Shown piece by piece: positions 49,514 to 59,329 of a DNA stretch of 64,000 nt. This stretch comes from Candidatus Nanopelagicales bacterium (lineage in GTDB: Bacteria > Actinomycetota > Actinomycetes > S36-B12 > GCA-2699445): positions 18,465 through 82,464 of the forward strand of contig JAXLSJ010000008.1 of the NCBI GenBank assembly GCA_046330625.1, read 5' to 3'. The notes beneath the pieces are model-generated. The model was given only the letters and a program-made list of their open reading frames with translations, was not told the origin of the DNA and did no database searches. Position 1 is the first letter of the stretch; each line of letters opens with the position of its first letter. Both the position numbers and the translations under genes were made by a program.

Positions 49514-51598
49514 TCAGGCAGCCGGTCCGCTGCTCCCCAACCGGCCCAGGGCCTGGGAATCGGTCATCTGCTTCATCAACTTCCGCATCCCCGCGGGAAG
49601 CTGCAGATCCTCCTGCTCGGCGAAGTCCATGGACACCGTCGATCGACCCCACTTGTTCAACGTCTCGTTGATGCTGGCCACCGCCCGCAGCGCCGTCTTG
49701 GCCACGAGCCGGGCCTCGGCCCACATCTGCTCGCGCTCGCGCAGGGCCGCCTCGATCGCCTCGGCCTGGGTCGCGGAAGCCGTCAGCCCGTAGGCCTTCT
49801 GCAGGGACTCGCGCAGGTCGATGCGGTAGTCGTGCCCGACCCGCTGGAACACTCCGGGCTTCTGGTTCATCGCGTTGAGGAGATCGAACACCGCGATCAC
49901 GAAACTCGAGACGGGCCGGAACAGCGTCTCGCGCGGGACCATCGGCGGCCGGGTGTCGGGTGCCCCGAACCACCACGGCCGGCGCACGAACATGGTGTAG
50001 GCGAACTTGTTCACCGGATCGTCGTTGTGCACGACCATCAGGTGCCGCCCGGTGGCGTCGGGCGCCTCGTCGGGCTGGGTGACCAGGACCATGCGTCCGT
50101 GGGGGTCGATCGCCCGGGGTTGGTCGACCCACAGGTGCCAGGCGCGACTGCGGAAGGGCACGCCGAGGTACAGCCCGGCGGTGACGTCCATGCTGTCGAG
50201 GCGGGCGACCCCGCCCACGGCCGCGACGTCGAGCGCCACCTGGGCCCCGAGGCTCTCGCCGAACTGGTACAGCCGCGGGCGTCGGGCGGGGGGGATCCGC
50301 CGGATGCGCCGGCTGATCGCGTCGAGCACCTCGGCCTGCAACTGCGTGCCTTCGGTGGTCTTGTCCAGGGCGAGCGCCGAGGGGACCAGCGCGTACTGCG
50401 GCACGACGATGGCGCAGTTCCCGCGGGTGAGGTACTCCAGCGCCTCGGCCATGACGTAGTTGACGTAGCCGACACCCGTCGGCGAGGCGACCACGATCAC
50501 GGACCGTTCGAACCCGCCGAGTGCCTCGAGCTCGGCGACCGCCAACTCGGCGCGTTCGGAGACTGCGCCGTCGCGAGGGATGACCGCCCGGACCGGATCG
50601 ATCGCCACGTCGCCCATGACGTTGGTGATCTGCGGGGCGCGCAGGGCCATGAGCACGAACCGTCGGCCCTCTTTCCCGATGGCGTCGAAGTCCACGAGGC
50701 TGCTCGGCCCACAGGACACAGTGGTCGTCGTGGGAGGTGAGGGGTAGGCGGGCTCGACCACCTCGTTGGCCCGCAGCGTGCGATGGCGCACCTTGTCCAG
50801 CGCGAACAGACCGGCAGCGGCCAGGCCGGCGCCGGTGACGCAGTGCGACAGCCACACACCCGTCTCGCCGAGGTCGGTCCCGGCCAGGCGGGTCAGGCCC
50901 AGATTGATCCCGCGGGCGACCGTCTGTTCGGTGATGGCCAGGCCGGCGATGCCGCCCGCGGTCCCCACCGAGATCGCCCCGATGGTGGCGAACGCCTTGA
51001 CGCCCTGGATCGACGACACCGCGTGACGTTCCTCGTCGACCCAGCCGTAGCGGTTGGCCCGAAGGTTGCGGCGAATCATGGTTCCCGCGGCCATGGCGGC
51101 GCCGAAGGTCATGTCCATGACCAGCGTGGTGGCCATGCCGGGGCGGCGCCCCAGAGCCTGGTGGGTGACGGCGTCGGACGCGGTGACGAGTCCCCCGGCC
51201 AGCCCGGTGGTGGCCAGCAACTTGGCGCCCGACCAGACCGTGGCGTACACGAGGTTGTCCCCCGACCGGGGCCGCAGCAGCCGCTCGACCGCAAATCCGC
51301 CGACTCCCGCGACGACGGCTCCCGCCAGCCGTGCGCGCGTTCCCGCGCGGTGTCCGGGAACGCCGGCGACGAGACTGGAGATGCCCGCCCAACCGGTGGC
51401 GCCGATCGCGTAGTGCGCCGTGGCGTTCACGCCCACGACGACCGCCTGCTGAGTGGGGCTGCGGGGGAGGAGGCCGCGGGCGTACGACGGTGCCACCGAC
51501 CAGGCCGCTTGCATGAACCCGGTGCGCACCGACGGATCGGTGGTGAACTCGGTGACCCCCGCAGGGATCCGCCGCATCACGGCGGAGAACACGGACAT
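49514..51598 (-). CDS. Membrane-anchored alpha/beta hydrolase family protein
   Basis: Track ORF 49514..51646, starting at ATG 51598 (MSVFSAVMRRIPAG). It has an N-terminal multi-TM region followed by a hydrolase-like domain (VVASPTGVGYVNY ... FGESLGAQVAL). Confidence 0.75.
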   Translation of the reverse strand: MSVFSAVMRRIPAGVTEFTTDPSVRTGFMQAAWSVAPSYARGLLPRSPTQQAVVVGVNATAHYAIGATGWAGISSLVAGVPGHRAGTRARLAGAVVAGVGGFAVERLLRPRSGDNLVYATVWSGAKLLATTGLAGGLVTASDAVTHQALGRRPGMATTLVMDMTFGAAMAAGTMIRRNLRANRYGWVDEERHAVSSIQGVKAFATIGAISVGTAGGIAGLAITEQTVARGINLGLTRLAGTDLGETGVWLSHCVTGAGLAAAGLFALDKVRHRTLRANEVVEPAYPSPPTTTTVSCGPSSLVDFDAIGKEGRRFVLMALRAPQITNVMGDVAIDPVRAVIPRDGAVSERAELAVAELEALGGFERSVIVVASPTGVGYVNYVMAEALEYLTRGNCAIVVPQYALVPSALALDKTTEGTQLQAEVLDAISRRIRRIPPARRPRLYQFGESLGAQVALDVAAVGGVARLDSMDVTAGLYLGVPFRSRAWHLWVDQPRAIDPHGRMVLVTQPDEAPDATGRHLMVVHNDDPVNKFAYTMFVRRPWWFGAPDTRPPMVPRETLFRPVSSFVIAVFDLLNAMNQKPGVFQRVGHDYRIDLRESLQKAYGLTASATQAEAIEAALREREQMWAEARLVAKTALRAVASINETLNKWGRSTVSMDFAEQEDLQLPAGMRKLMKQMTDSQALGRLGSSGPAA

Positions 51599-51806
51599 GC
51601 GGCCATCATGCCGCGAACCGCCGACCCGACGCGTGATCAACGCCACATACGGAATCCGCAGAACTTGCGGTCTCGATGTATGGAATCGCGAGGTGGCGTG
51701 TACTGTGAGAGCACGCCCCCGGCCCGCGTCGTCATCCCCCGTTGACGCGACCCGGGGGTCCTTCTTTTTCGGGAATGGCGCTTGGGGGCGTCCCGTTCCG
51801 ATATAC

Positions 51807-52598
51807 GTGAACGCTCAAGCACCAATGTTGCCGGCCCTCTACCTGGGCCATGGCGCGCCGCCCCTGCTCGACGACCCGATCTGGCCCGGGCAGCTGCGGG
51901 ACTGGGCCGACCGGCTGCCGCGACCTCGCGCGATCCTGATCGTCAGCGCCCACTGGGAGGCGGCCCCGCTGGCCCTGTCCAGTCCGATCGCCGCGACACC
52001 GGTGATCTACGACTTCGCCGGGTTCGACCCGAAGTTCTTCCGCATGACCTACCCCACCCCGGACGCCTCGGTCCTGGCGGAGCAGGTGAGCGGGCTGTTC
52101 GGCGATCGGCACAAGCCGGTGGTCACCGGCCGCGGACTCGATCACGGCTCCTGGGTACCGCTCACCGTTATGTACCCGGACGCCGACATCCCGGTCCTGC
52201 AACTCAGCGTCCCGACCCAGGACCCGGAGGCGCTCCTCGCGCTGGGTGCGAGACTCCGGCCGCTGCGGGAGCAGGGGGTGCTGATCATCGGGTCGGGGTT
52301 CCTGACCCACGGCCTGCCGTTCCTGCGGCGCGAGGACTGGATGGGGACTGCGCCGCCGCCGGCGTGGTCTCGCGACTTCGACGACTGGGCCGCCGAGGCG
52401 CTGGTTCGAGGCGATGTGGCCGAGCTGACCCGGTACCGATCCGTCGCCCCCGGCATGCCGTACGCCCATCCGACGGTCGAGCACTTCATCCCGCTGTTCA
52501 TCACCCTCGGTGCGGCTGACGATCCCGAGGCGCCGCCCACCACCGAGATCGACGGCTACTTCCTGGGACTGTCGAAACGGTCGCTGTCCGTCGCCTGA
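51807..52598 (+). CDS. Class III extradiol dioxygenase (LigB / 4,5-DOPA dioxygenase, YgiD-like)
   Basis: Tail of track ORF 51453..52598. Motifs LPALYLGHGAP, SAHWE and HPTVEHFIPLF. The start is GTG 51807 or ATG 51825. Confidence 0.85.
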   Translation: MNAQAPMLPALYLGHGAPPLLDDPIWPGQLRDWADRLPRPRAILIVSAHWEAAPLALSSPIAATPVIYDFAGFDPKFFRMTYPTPDASVLAEQVSGLFGDRHKPVVTGRGLDHGSWVPLTVMYPDADIPVLQLSVPTQDPEALLALGARLRPLREQGVLIIGSGFLTHGLPFLRREDWMGTAPPPAWSRDFDDWAAEALVRGDVAELTRYRSVAPGMPYAHPTVEHFIPLFITLGAADDPEAPPTTEIDGYFLGLSKRSLSVA

Positions 52599-52710
52599 CG
52601 TGGGGGTGTGAGAAAACCCGCGTGCGCGGTGCGCGGCCGCTGGCTTCGCGTGCCGTAGCCTGGAGAAACGACACCTCGTCGACTCATGTCATCGACTGGA
52701 GAAATTCGCT

Positions 52711-53106
52711 GTGGACGATTCCGTCAACACCTTTGGATCGTTGTTCCTGACGACCCTCTGGATCTTCCTGCTCTTCGCCTTCATCCTGGTCCTGTTCTAC
52801 ATCTTCTCGGACATCTTCCGGGACCACACGATGAGCGGCTGGGCCAAGGCCATCTGGATCATCTTCCTGATCCTCCTGCCACCCCTGACCTCACTGGTGT
52901 ACCTGATCGCCCGCGGCAAGGGCATGCAGGAGCGTGCTCTCGAGCAAGCCCAGCAGGCACAGAAGGCGCAGGCCGAGTACATCCAGCAGGTCGCGGGTAC
53001 CGACCCGGCCGATCAGATCGCCAAGGCCAAGCAGTTGCTCGACCAAGGTGTCATCGACCAGGGCGAGTACGACCACCTCAAGGCCAAGGCCCTCGGCAAG
53101 GCCTGA
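52711..53106 (+). CDS. PLDc_N membrane domain plus SHOCT domain protein
   Basis: Track ORF. It has two TM helices with WAKAIWIIFLILLPPLTSLVYLI and a C-terminal SHOCT-like QLLDQGVIDQGEYDHLKAKAL. Confidence 0.8.
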   Translation: MDDSVNTFGSLFLTTLWIFLLFAFILVLFYIFSDIFRDHTMSGWAKAIWIIFLILLPPLTSLVYLIARGKGMQERALEQAQQAQKAQAEYIQQVAGTDPADQIAKAKQLLDQGVIDQGEYDHLKAKALGKA

Positions 53107-53121
53107 GAACCTCCGCTGCCG

Positions 53122-53712
53122 CTACTGCGCGCGGCGTTCCGAGAGTTTCCCTCGGAGCGTCGCGCGCAGTTCGTCGTCCAGGCCCAGTTCGTCGGCGAAC
53201 TGCAGGGCCAGCTCCCGCGCCAGCCGGGATCGTTTCCGGTCCTCGACGTCGATGATGACGTCGGCCGCCCGGGCGTAGAAGGGTTCGCGACGGCGCATGA
53301 TCTCGGCCGCGGACCTGGTGTCGTGCAGTGCGGGCCGCTGGGGGTCGCCGGCGGTCTTGGCCGCCAGACGGTCGACGTCACCTCGGAGCCACACCACCGG
53401 ACCCGACGTCTTCAGGGCCGCCACACAGCGTTCGCTGTAGATCTCGGTACCGTCGTCGTCGAGATCCACGATGATGCCGCCCCCGCAGTCGACGATCACC
53501 TGGTCGAGCGCCGCGATGCGCGTCACGATCTCGAACTCCCGCTCCCGGAAGGCGGGCCAGCCGTGGTCGGCCACGAAATCGGGGATCTCCTGGCCGGTCT
53601 CGTAGTGCAGGAGCACGTCGGTGGACAGCACCGGGCGTTTGGCGGCGAATCCCAGACGTCGCGAGATGTTCGATTTCCCCACCCCGCGCATGCCGATGAG
53701 CGCGAGATTCAC
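53122..53712 (-). CDS. Shikimate kinase-like P-loop kinase
   Basis: Tail of track ORF 53122..54516. GTG 53712 overlaps the GT2 stop (GTGA). Walker A LIGMRGVGKSN, then FREREFEIV and VIVDCGGG. Confidence 0.75.
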   Translation of the reverse strand: MNLALIGMRGVGKSNISRRLGFAAKRPVLSTDVLLHYETGQEIPDFVADHGWPAFREREFEIVTRIAALDQVIVDCGGGIIVDLDDDGTEIYSERCVAALKTSGPVVWLRGDVDRLAAKTAGDPQRPALHDTRSAAEIMRRREPFYARAADVIIDVEDRKRSRLARELALQFADELGLDDELRATLRGKLSERRAQ

Positions 53713-54455
53713 GCGTGAACTGTAGCCGTCGGCAGCGGTTCGTAGGCGCGATCCGGGGCCACCGGTTCGAGTCGGAGGTCGGTCTCGTCCGTCAGGTAGT
53801 CGTACCCGATGGCCTGGAACCGCCGGGTGGGGTCGAGCGTCGTGTAGCGGCGGCGACGGGCCTCGCGATCGGCGGGCCACATCATGCGCAGGTGGTAGAT
53901 GGTCAGGTCGGCGCGCGGGAAGGTGCCGTCGACCCGACTGTTGAGGGGGGCCCAGTGGCAGTGCAGTCGCTGCCGGTGGAACTGGTGGTCCCGCCGGGCC
54001 TCGAACAGTCGCGCGGACCACTTCTGACCCCAGATGCCGTCGGCGCGGAACTGCAGGGGGCCGTCCCACAATTCGCGGACAGTGACGGCGTAGGCCCGGT
54101 TGTCGGAGCCGGAGATGATGCGTTCCGCCCGCTTGCGGAACTGCCGCTCCACCCGTTCGTCGGCATCCAGCCCCAGGAGCCATGACGGGCCGAAGTCCCA
54201 CGACGCCTCGACCAGTTCCCGGTGGTTCTCGGCGTCGTTCCAGTCGGTGTCCTCGTGCGCCGGGTGGGAGAGCAGCCGCAGCACCTTGGGCTGGCGCGCG
54301 ACGAAAGCCGCCGACTGGTCGGTGGAGCCGTCGTCGAGGGCGATGATGCCGTCGACGTGCGGGGAGACATTGGCGAAGTATCCGGGGAGGAAACGCATCT
54401 CGTTGCGGAACGACAGCAGGGCCAGCAGTCGACGCCGCCTCCGGCGCCACCTCAC
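53709..54455 (-). CDS. Glycosyltransferase family 2
   Basis: Tail of track ORF 53709..57293, from GTG 54455. Motifs LSFRNEMRFLPGYF, IALDDGSTDQS and LGLDADER (DxD). Confidence 0.8.
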   Translation of the reverse strand: MRWRRRRRRLLALLSFRNEMRFLPGYFANVSPHVDGIIALDDGSTDQSAAFVARQPKVLRLLSHPAHEDTDWNDAENHRELVEASWDFGPSWLLGLDADERVERQFRKRAERIISGSDNRAYAVTVRELWDGPLQFRADGIWGQKWSARLFEARRDHQFHRQRLHCHWAPLNSRVDGTFPRADLTIYHLRMMWPADREARRRRYTTLDPTRRFQAIGYDYLTDETDLRLEPVAPDRAYEPLPTATVHA

Positions 54456-54587
54456 CTCGGGGTCCTGGACGTATGGCGCACTGGCATGGCGACAGGTTAT
54501 GCCCGGATCCCGACAACGCCTCAATGTCGACCTCCGCGATGCCGAAGGAGGGAGCCGGGGGGTGAGATCGAGCGGACGGGACGCGAG

Positions 54588-56342
<1,755 letters not shown>

Positions 56343-56382
56343 GTCCGGGTTGCCGCGAGTCCGTCGGCACCTGCGCGGTGGA

Positions 56383-56553
56383 TCAGCCGAAGAGGCGACC
56401 GAAGAATGTGTTCTTGCGAGCGGCCTCGCGCTCCGCTGCGGTGCAGCGGCACCGCTGAGCCTTGGGCACGCCGCGGAGCACCTCGTTCTTGTGCTGGCCG
56501 CAGCCGGCCCACGTGGTCTTGCTGCACAGCTTGCAGGTCGTCTGTCGGCACAT
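56383..56553 (-). CDS. Small Cys-rich protein, 56 aa (below the ORF-track size cut-off)
   Basis: Hand translation gives MCRQTTCKLCSKTTWAGCGQHKNEVLRGVPKAQRCRCTAAERAAARKNTFFGRLFG-like sequence. The exact reading is MCRQTTCKLCSKTTWAGCGQHKNEVLRGVPKAQRCRCTAAEREAARKNTFFGRLFG. It has six Cys, very high GC3, and an SD-like ggaagggga upstream. It lies downstream of the palindromic operator/-10 module. Confidence 0.65.
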   Translation of the reverse strand: MCRQTTCKLCSKTTWAGCGQHKNEVLRGVPKAQRCRCTAAEREAARKNTFFGRLFG

Positions 56554-56577
56554 CCGCCGTCCCCTTCCCTCGACTCG

Positions 56578-56598
56578 TGACTATACCCCCAGGGGTAT
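56578..56598 (-). promoter_or_regulatory. CsoR/RicR/CstR-type palindromic operator overlapping a -10-like TATAGT (minus-sense ATACCCCTGGGGGTATAGTCA)
   Basis: Inverted repeat ATACCCC-N2-GGGGTAT. It is 20/21 identical to the module at 58894-58914. It lies about 25 nt upstream of the Cys-rich ORF start and 78 nt upstream of the divergent DUF2461 operon. Confidence 0.55.
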
Positions 56599-56675
56599 GG
56601 ATGTGCGCAAGTGCCCAGCTCGATCCCTCCCGCGGATCCCGGGTCCGGCGGTTCGTGCGCCGTTACGCTCGGGCC

Positions 56676-57326
56676 ATGCCATTCACCGGGATCCCCGCCG
56701 AGGCGTTCGAGTTCTACGAGGCGCTCGACGCCGACAACAGCAAGGCCTTCTGGACGGCCCACAAGGGCGACTACGAGAGGTACGTCCGCGACCCGCTCGC
56801 CGCGCTCGGTCAGGACCTGTCCGCGGACTTCGGCGAACCGAAGTTGTTCCGCCCCTACCGCGACGTGCGGTTCTCCAAGGACAAGACCCCGATCAAGGAC
56901 CACCAGGGCCTCTACGTCCTTATGCGCAACAGCGTGGGGTGGTACGTGCAGGTCAGCGCGGCCGGCCTCATGGTCGCGGGCGGTTGGTACGAATCCGCCC
57001 CCAACCAGATCGCGGCCTATCGCGAAGCCGTGGACCACGACCGCAGCAACGCACTGGGGGCACTCGTCGCCGGTACCGCGAAGAAGGGGTTCACGATCGG
57101 CGGCGACCAGCTCAAGACGCGGCCTCAAGGCACGGATCCCGAGCATCCCCGGCTCGAACTGCTGCGGTACAAGACGCTGTACGCGGAGCGTCGCTGGGAG
57201 CCCCAGGCCTGGATGGGGACCCGCCGGGCACTGTCGCGGGTCAAGCAGTCGTGGGAGGACCTGACCCCACTCATGTCGTGGTTCGCCGACCACATCCCGG
57301 CGGCCGAGGGCAGGGACCGGCGATGA
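56676..57326 (+). CDS. DUF2461 (TIGR02453-like) family protein
   Basis: Tail of track ORF 56406..57326, from ATG 56676. Sequence MPFTGIPAEAFEFYEALDADNSKAFWTAHKGDYE...FRPYRDVRFSKDKTPIKD. Confidence 0.8.
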   Translation: MPFTGIPAEAFEFYEALDADNSKAFWTAHKGDYERYVRDPLAALGQDLSADFGEPKLFRPYRDVRFSKDKTPIKDHQGLYVLMRNSVGWYVQVSAAGLMVAGGWYESAPNQIAAYREAVDHDRSNALGALVAGTAKKGFTIGGDQLKTRPQGTDPEHPRLELLRYKTLYAERRWEPQAWMGTRRALSRVKQSWEDLTPLMSWFADHIPAAEGRDRR

Positions 57327-58417
57327 GCGGCGATCCGCCGTCGCTCACGATCGCCGCAGTCCTGCCGCTGAGCGGACCGGAGTCGCTGTTTGGCCACCAG
57401 AGTCTGCAGGGTGCCCGGATGGCGGTCGCCGAGATCAACGCGGCGGGCGGGGTCCGCGGACGTCGCGTCGACCTGGTGGTGCACGACCAGCGCACCGAGA
57501 CCCAGCTCGCCGTCGACCAGACCCGGGCCGCCCTGGCGGACGGGGCGTTCGCGATCCTCGGTCCCACGAGCAGCGCCGATCGCGACGCCATGCTTCCGCT
57601 GTGCGAACAGGCACGTCGCCCGTTGCTCTACGCGACCGACTACGAGGGCGGCCAGTGCTCGCGCTACCTGTTCTGCTACTCCCCCATCCCGGAGCACTAC
57701 CTCAAACCCCTGGTGCCGTTCCTCATCGAGAGGTCGGGGGACCGGTTCGCCCTGATCGGCGCCGACTACGTGTGGCCACGGGGGATCGGCCGGGCGCTAC
57801 GGACGGTGGTCGAGGCCCGTGGGGGGACGCTCGACGCCGAGATCTACCGGCCCATGGAGCAGATGGACTTCGCCGCCGATCTCGAGGCGCTCGATGGCGC
57901 CGGCACGGTGGTGGTCGTGCTGTTGGGGGCCAGCGGTCAGTCCTTCCTCCAGCAGTTCGCGGCCCACGAGTTCGCCCACCGACCGCGACTCGCGGTGATG
58001 GCGTTCAACGAGAACTACATGGCAGGACTGCCGTCGGATGTGGTGGAGGGAATCGTGACAGCGGTCCCGTTCCTCGAGTCCCTCGACCTGCCGGAGGCTC
58101 GCGACTTCGTGGCGCGGCAGCGCGCCATGTTCGGGCCCGACGCGGTGGTCAGCTACTTCGCCGAGTCGCACTACGGCCTGCTGATGTTCCTGCGCGACGC
58201 GATCGAGGCCGTCGGCAGTGACGATGTCGAGGCCGTCATCGACGCCATGGGCGACCGCACCCGCACGGTCGGGAACGGCCCGGTCACGTTACGGGCGTCC
58301 GACCATCACATGATCCTCAACATGGTGATCGCCGAGGTCCGCGACGGGGAGTTGCTCGCCGTGCAGGACGTCGGGCGCATCGCCCCGCCGGATCAGTGCG
58401 CAGGGTCGGATGAGTGA
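57323..58417 (+). CDS. Type 1 periplasmic-binding-fold protein (branched-chain amino acid / amide-binding, AmiC-like) without signal peptide
   Basis: Tail of track ORF 56462..58417. ATG 57323 overlaps the upstream stop (ATGA). Sequence IAAVLPLSGPESLFGHQSLQGARMAVAEINAAGGVRGRRVDLVVHD. No hydrophobic leader. Confidence 0.75.
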   Translation: MSGDPPSLTIAAVLPLSGPESLFGHQSLQGARMAVAEINAAGGVRGRRVDLVVHDQRTETQLAVDQTRAALADGAFAILGPTSSADRDAMLPLCEQARRPLLYATDYEGGQCSRYLFCYSPIPEHYLKPLVPFLIERSGDRFALIGADYVWPRGIGRALRTVVEARGGTLDAEIYRPMEQMDFAADLEALDGAGTVVVVLLGASGQSFLQQFAAHEFAHRPRLAVMAFNENYMAGLPSDVVEGIVTAVPFLESLDLPEARDFVARQRAMFGPDAVVSYFAESHYGLLMFLRDAIEAVGSDDVEAVIDAMGDRTRTVGNGPVTLRASDHHMILNMVIAEVRDGELLAVQDVGRIAPPDQCAGSDE

Positions 58418-58889
58418 CCTCACGGTCGAGGCCATCCTGGCGGGGGCCCGTCGGATCGTCGCCGAAGCGCCCCTGGGGTGGTTGATCACCTCTGGCACCG
58501 ACGCCCAGGTCCACGCGCGGGTCATGCAGCCGTTCCCGGTCGGTGACGATCTGGTGCTGTGGTTCGGGACTTCGCCGAGCAGCCGCAAGGTCGCCGATGT
58601 GGCGGCAACCGGCCACGGCACCGCGGGGTTCTCGTCTGCCGACGGGGCGGGATACGTCACCGCGACCGGACCGGTGGAGATGATCACGGACCCCGCGACC
58701 CTGCACCGACTGTGGCGTGAGGACTGGGACCGATTCTTCCCCGGCGGTCCGGAGACCGGCTATGTGGTGCTGAAGCTGTCGCCGCGGCGCATCGAGGTGC
58801 TGGACTTCGCCCACGGCATCGCGCCACCCCCGTTCGGGGCCGTCGCCGCCGCAGTCGAGTGGCGTGGGACGGAGTGGGGACTCCCCTAG
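58410..58889 (+). CDS. Pyridoxamine 5'-phosphate oxidase family protein
   Basis: Track ORF. Split-barrel pattern (LGWLITSG...VHARVMQPF...LWFGTSPSSRKV...LKLSPRRIEV). It overlaps the upstream gene by 8 nt. Confidence 0.75.
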   Translation: MSDLTVEAILAGARRIVAEAPLGWLITSGTDAQVHARVMQPFPVGDDLVLWFGTSPSSRKVADVAATGHGTAGFSSADGAGYVTATGPVEMITDPATLHRLWREDWDRFFPGGPETGYVVLKLSPRRIEVLDFAHGIAPPPFGAVAAAVEWRGTEWGLP

Positions 58890-58893
58890 GTGT

Positions 58894-58914
58894 ATACCCC
58901 AGGGGGTATAGTCA
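58894..58914 (+). promoter_or_regulatory. CsoR/RicR/CstR-type palindromic operator overlapping a -10-like TATAGT (ATACCCCAGGGGGTATAGTCA)
   Basis: Perfect TATACCCC-AG-GGGGTATA palindrome at 58893-58910. TATAGT at 58907-58912 ends 8 nt before the rhodanese ATG 58921, and there is no SD. This suggests a leaderless transcript. Confidence 0.55.
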
Positions 58915-58920
58915 TGGCCT

Positions 58921-59319
58921 ATGAAGAGACTCGCCCTCGCCCTCATCGCCCTCATCGCCCTCATGACCGTCCTCGTGGCGGGATGCAGTTCCGGCGGCGG
59001 TGCGGTGAAGACGGTGGACGCCCAGACCTTCCTGGACACCGCGAGTCAGCCCGGGGTGACCGTCGTGGATGTCCGGACGCCCGCGGAGTACGCGGCCGGT
59101 CATCTGGACGGTGCGGTCAACATCGACGTCGAGAGCAGCGACTTCGCCCAGCAGCTGGGATCCCTCGACAAGGCCACGACCTACGCCCTCTACTGCCGCA
59201 GCGGCAACCGTTCCGCCGCCGCCGCCGATCAGATGGCCGCGGCAGGCTTCACCTCGATCGACAACCTCACCGGGGGGATCGCCGACCTGGCGGCCGCCGG
59301 CGGGCAGATCGTCACCTGA
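58921..59319 (+). CDS. Rhodanese-domain lipoprotein (sulfurtransferase-like)
   Basis: Track ORF. Lipobox LVAGCSS, and the rhodanese active-site loop LYCRSGNRS. Confidence 0.85.
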   Translation: MKRLALALIALIALMTVLVAGCSSGGGAVKTVDAQTFLDTASQPGVTVVDVRTPAEYAAGHLDGAVNIDVESSDFAQQLGSLDKATTYALYCRSGNRSAAAADQMAAAGFTSIDNLTGGIADLAAAGGQIVT

Positions 59320-59329
59320 GCCGGAGCCG

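Noticed and set aside
52711-53106. Locally lower GC of the PLDc_N/SHOCT gene as a sign of horizontal transfer
   Set aside because: The drop is explained by Phe/Ile/Leu/Lys-rich membrane and coiled segments. GC3 remains high and no mobility genes or repeats flank it.
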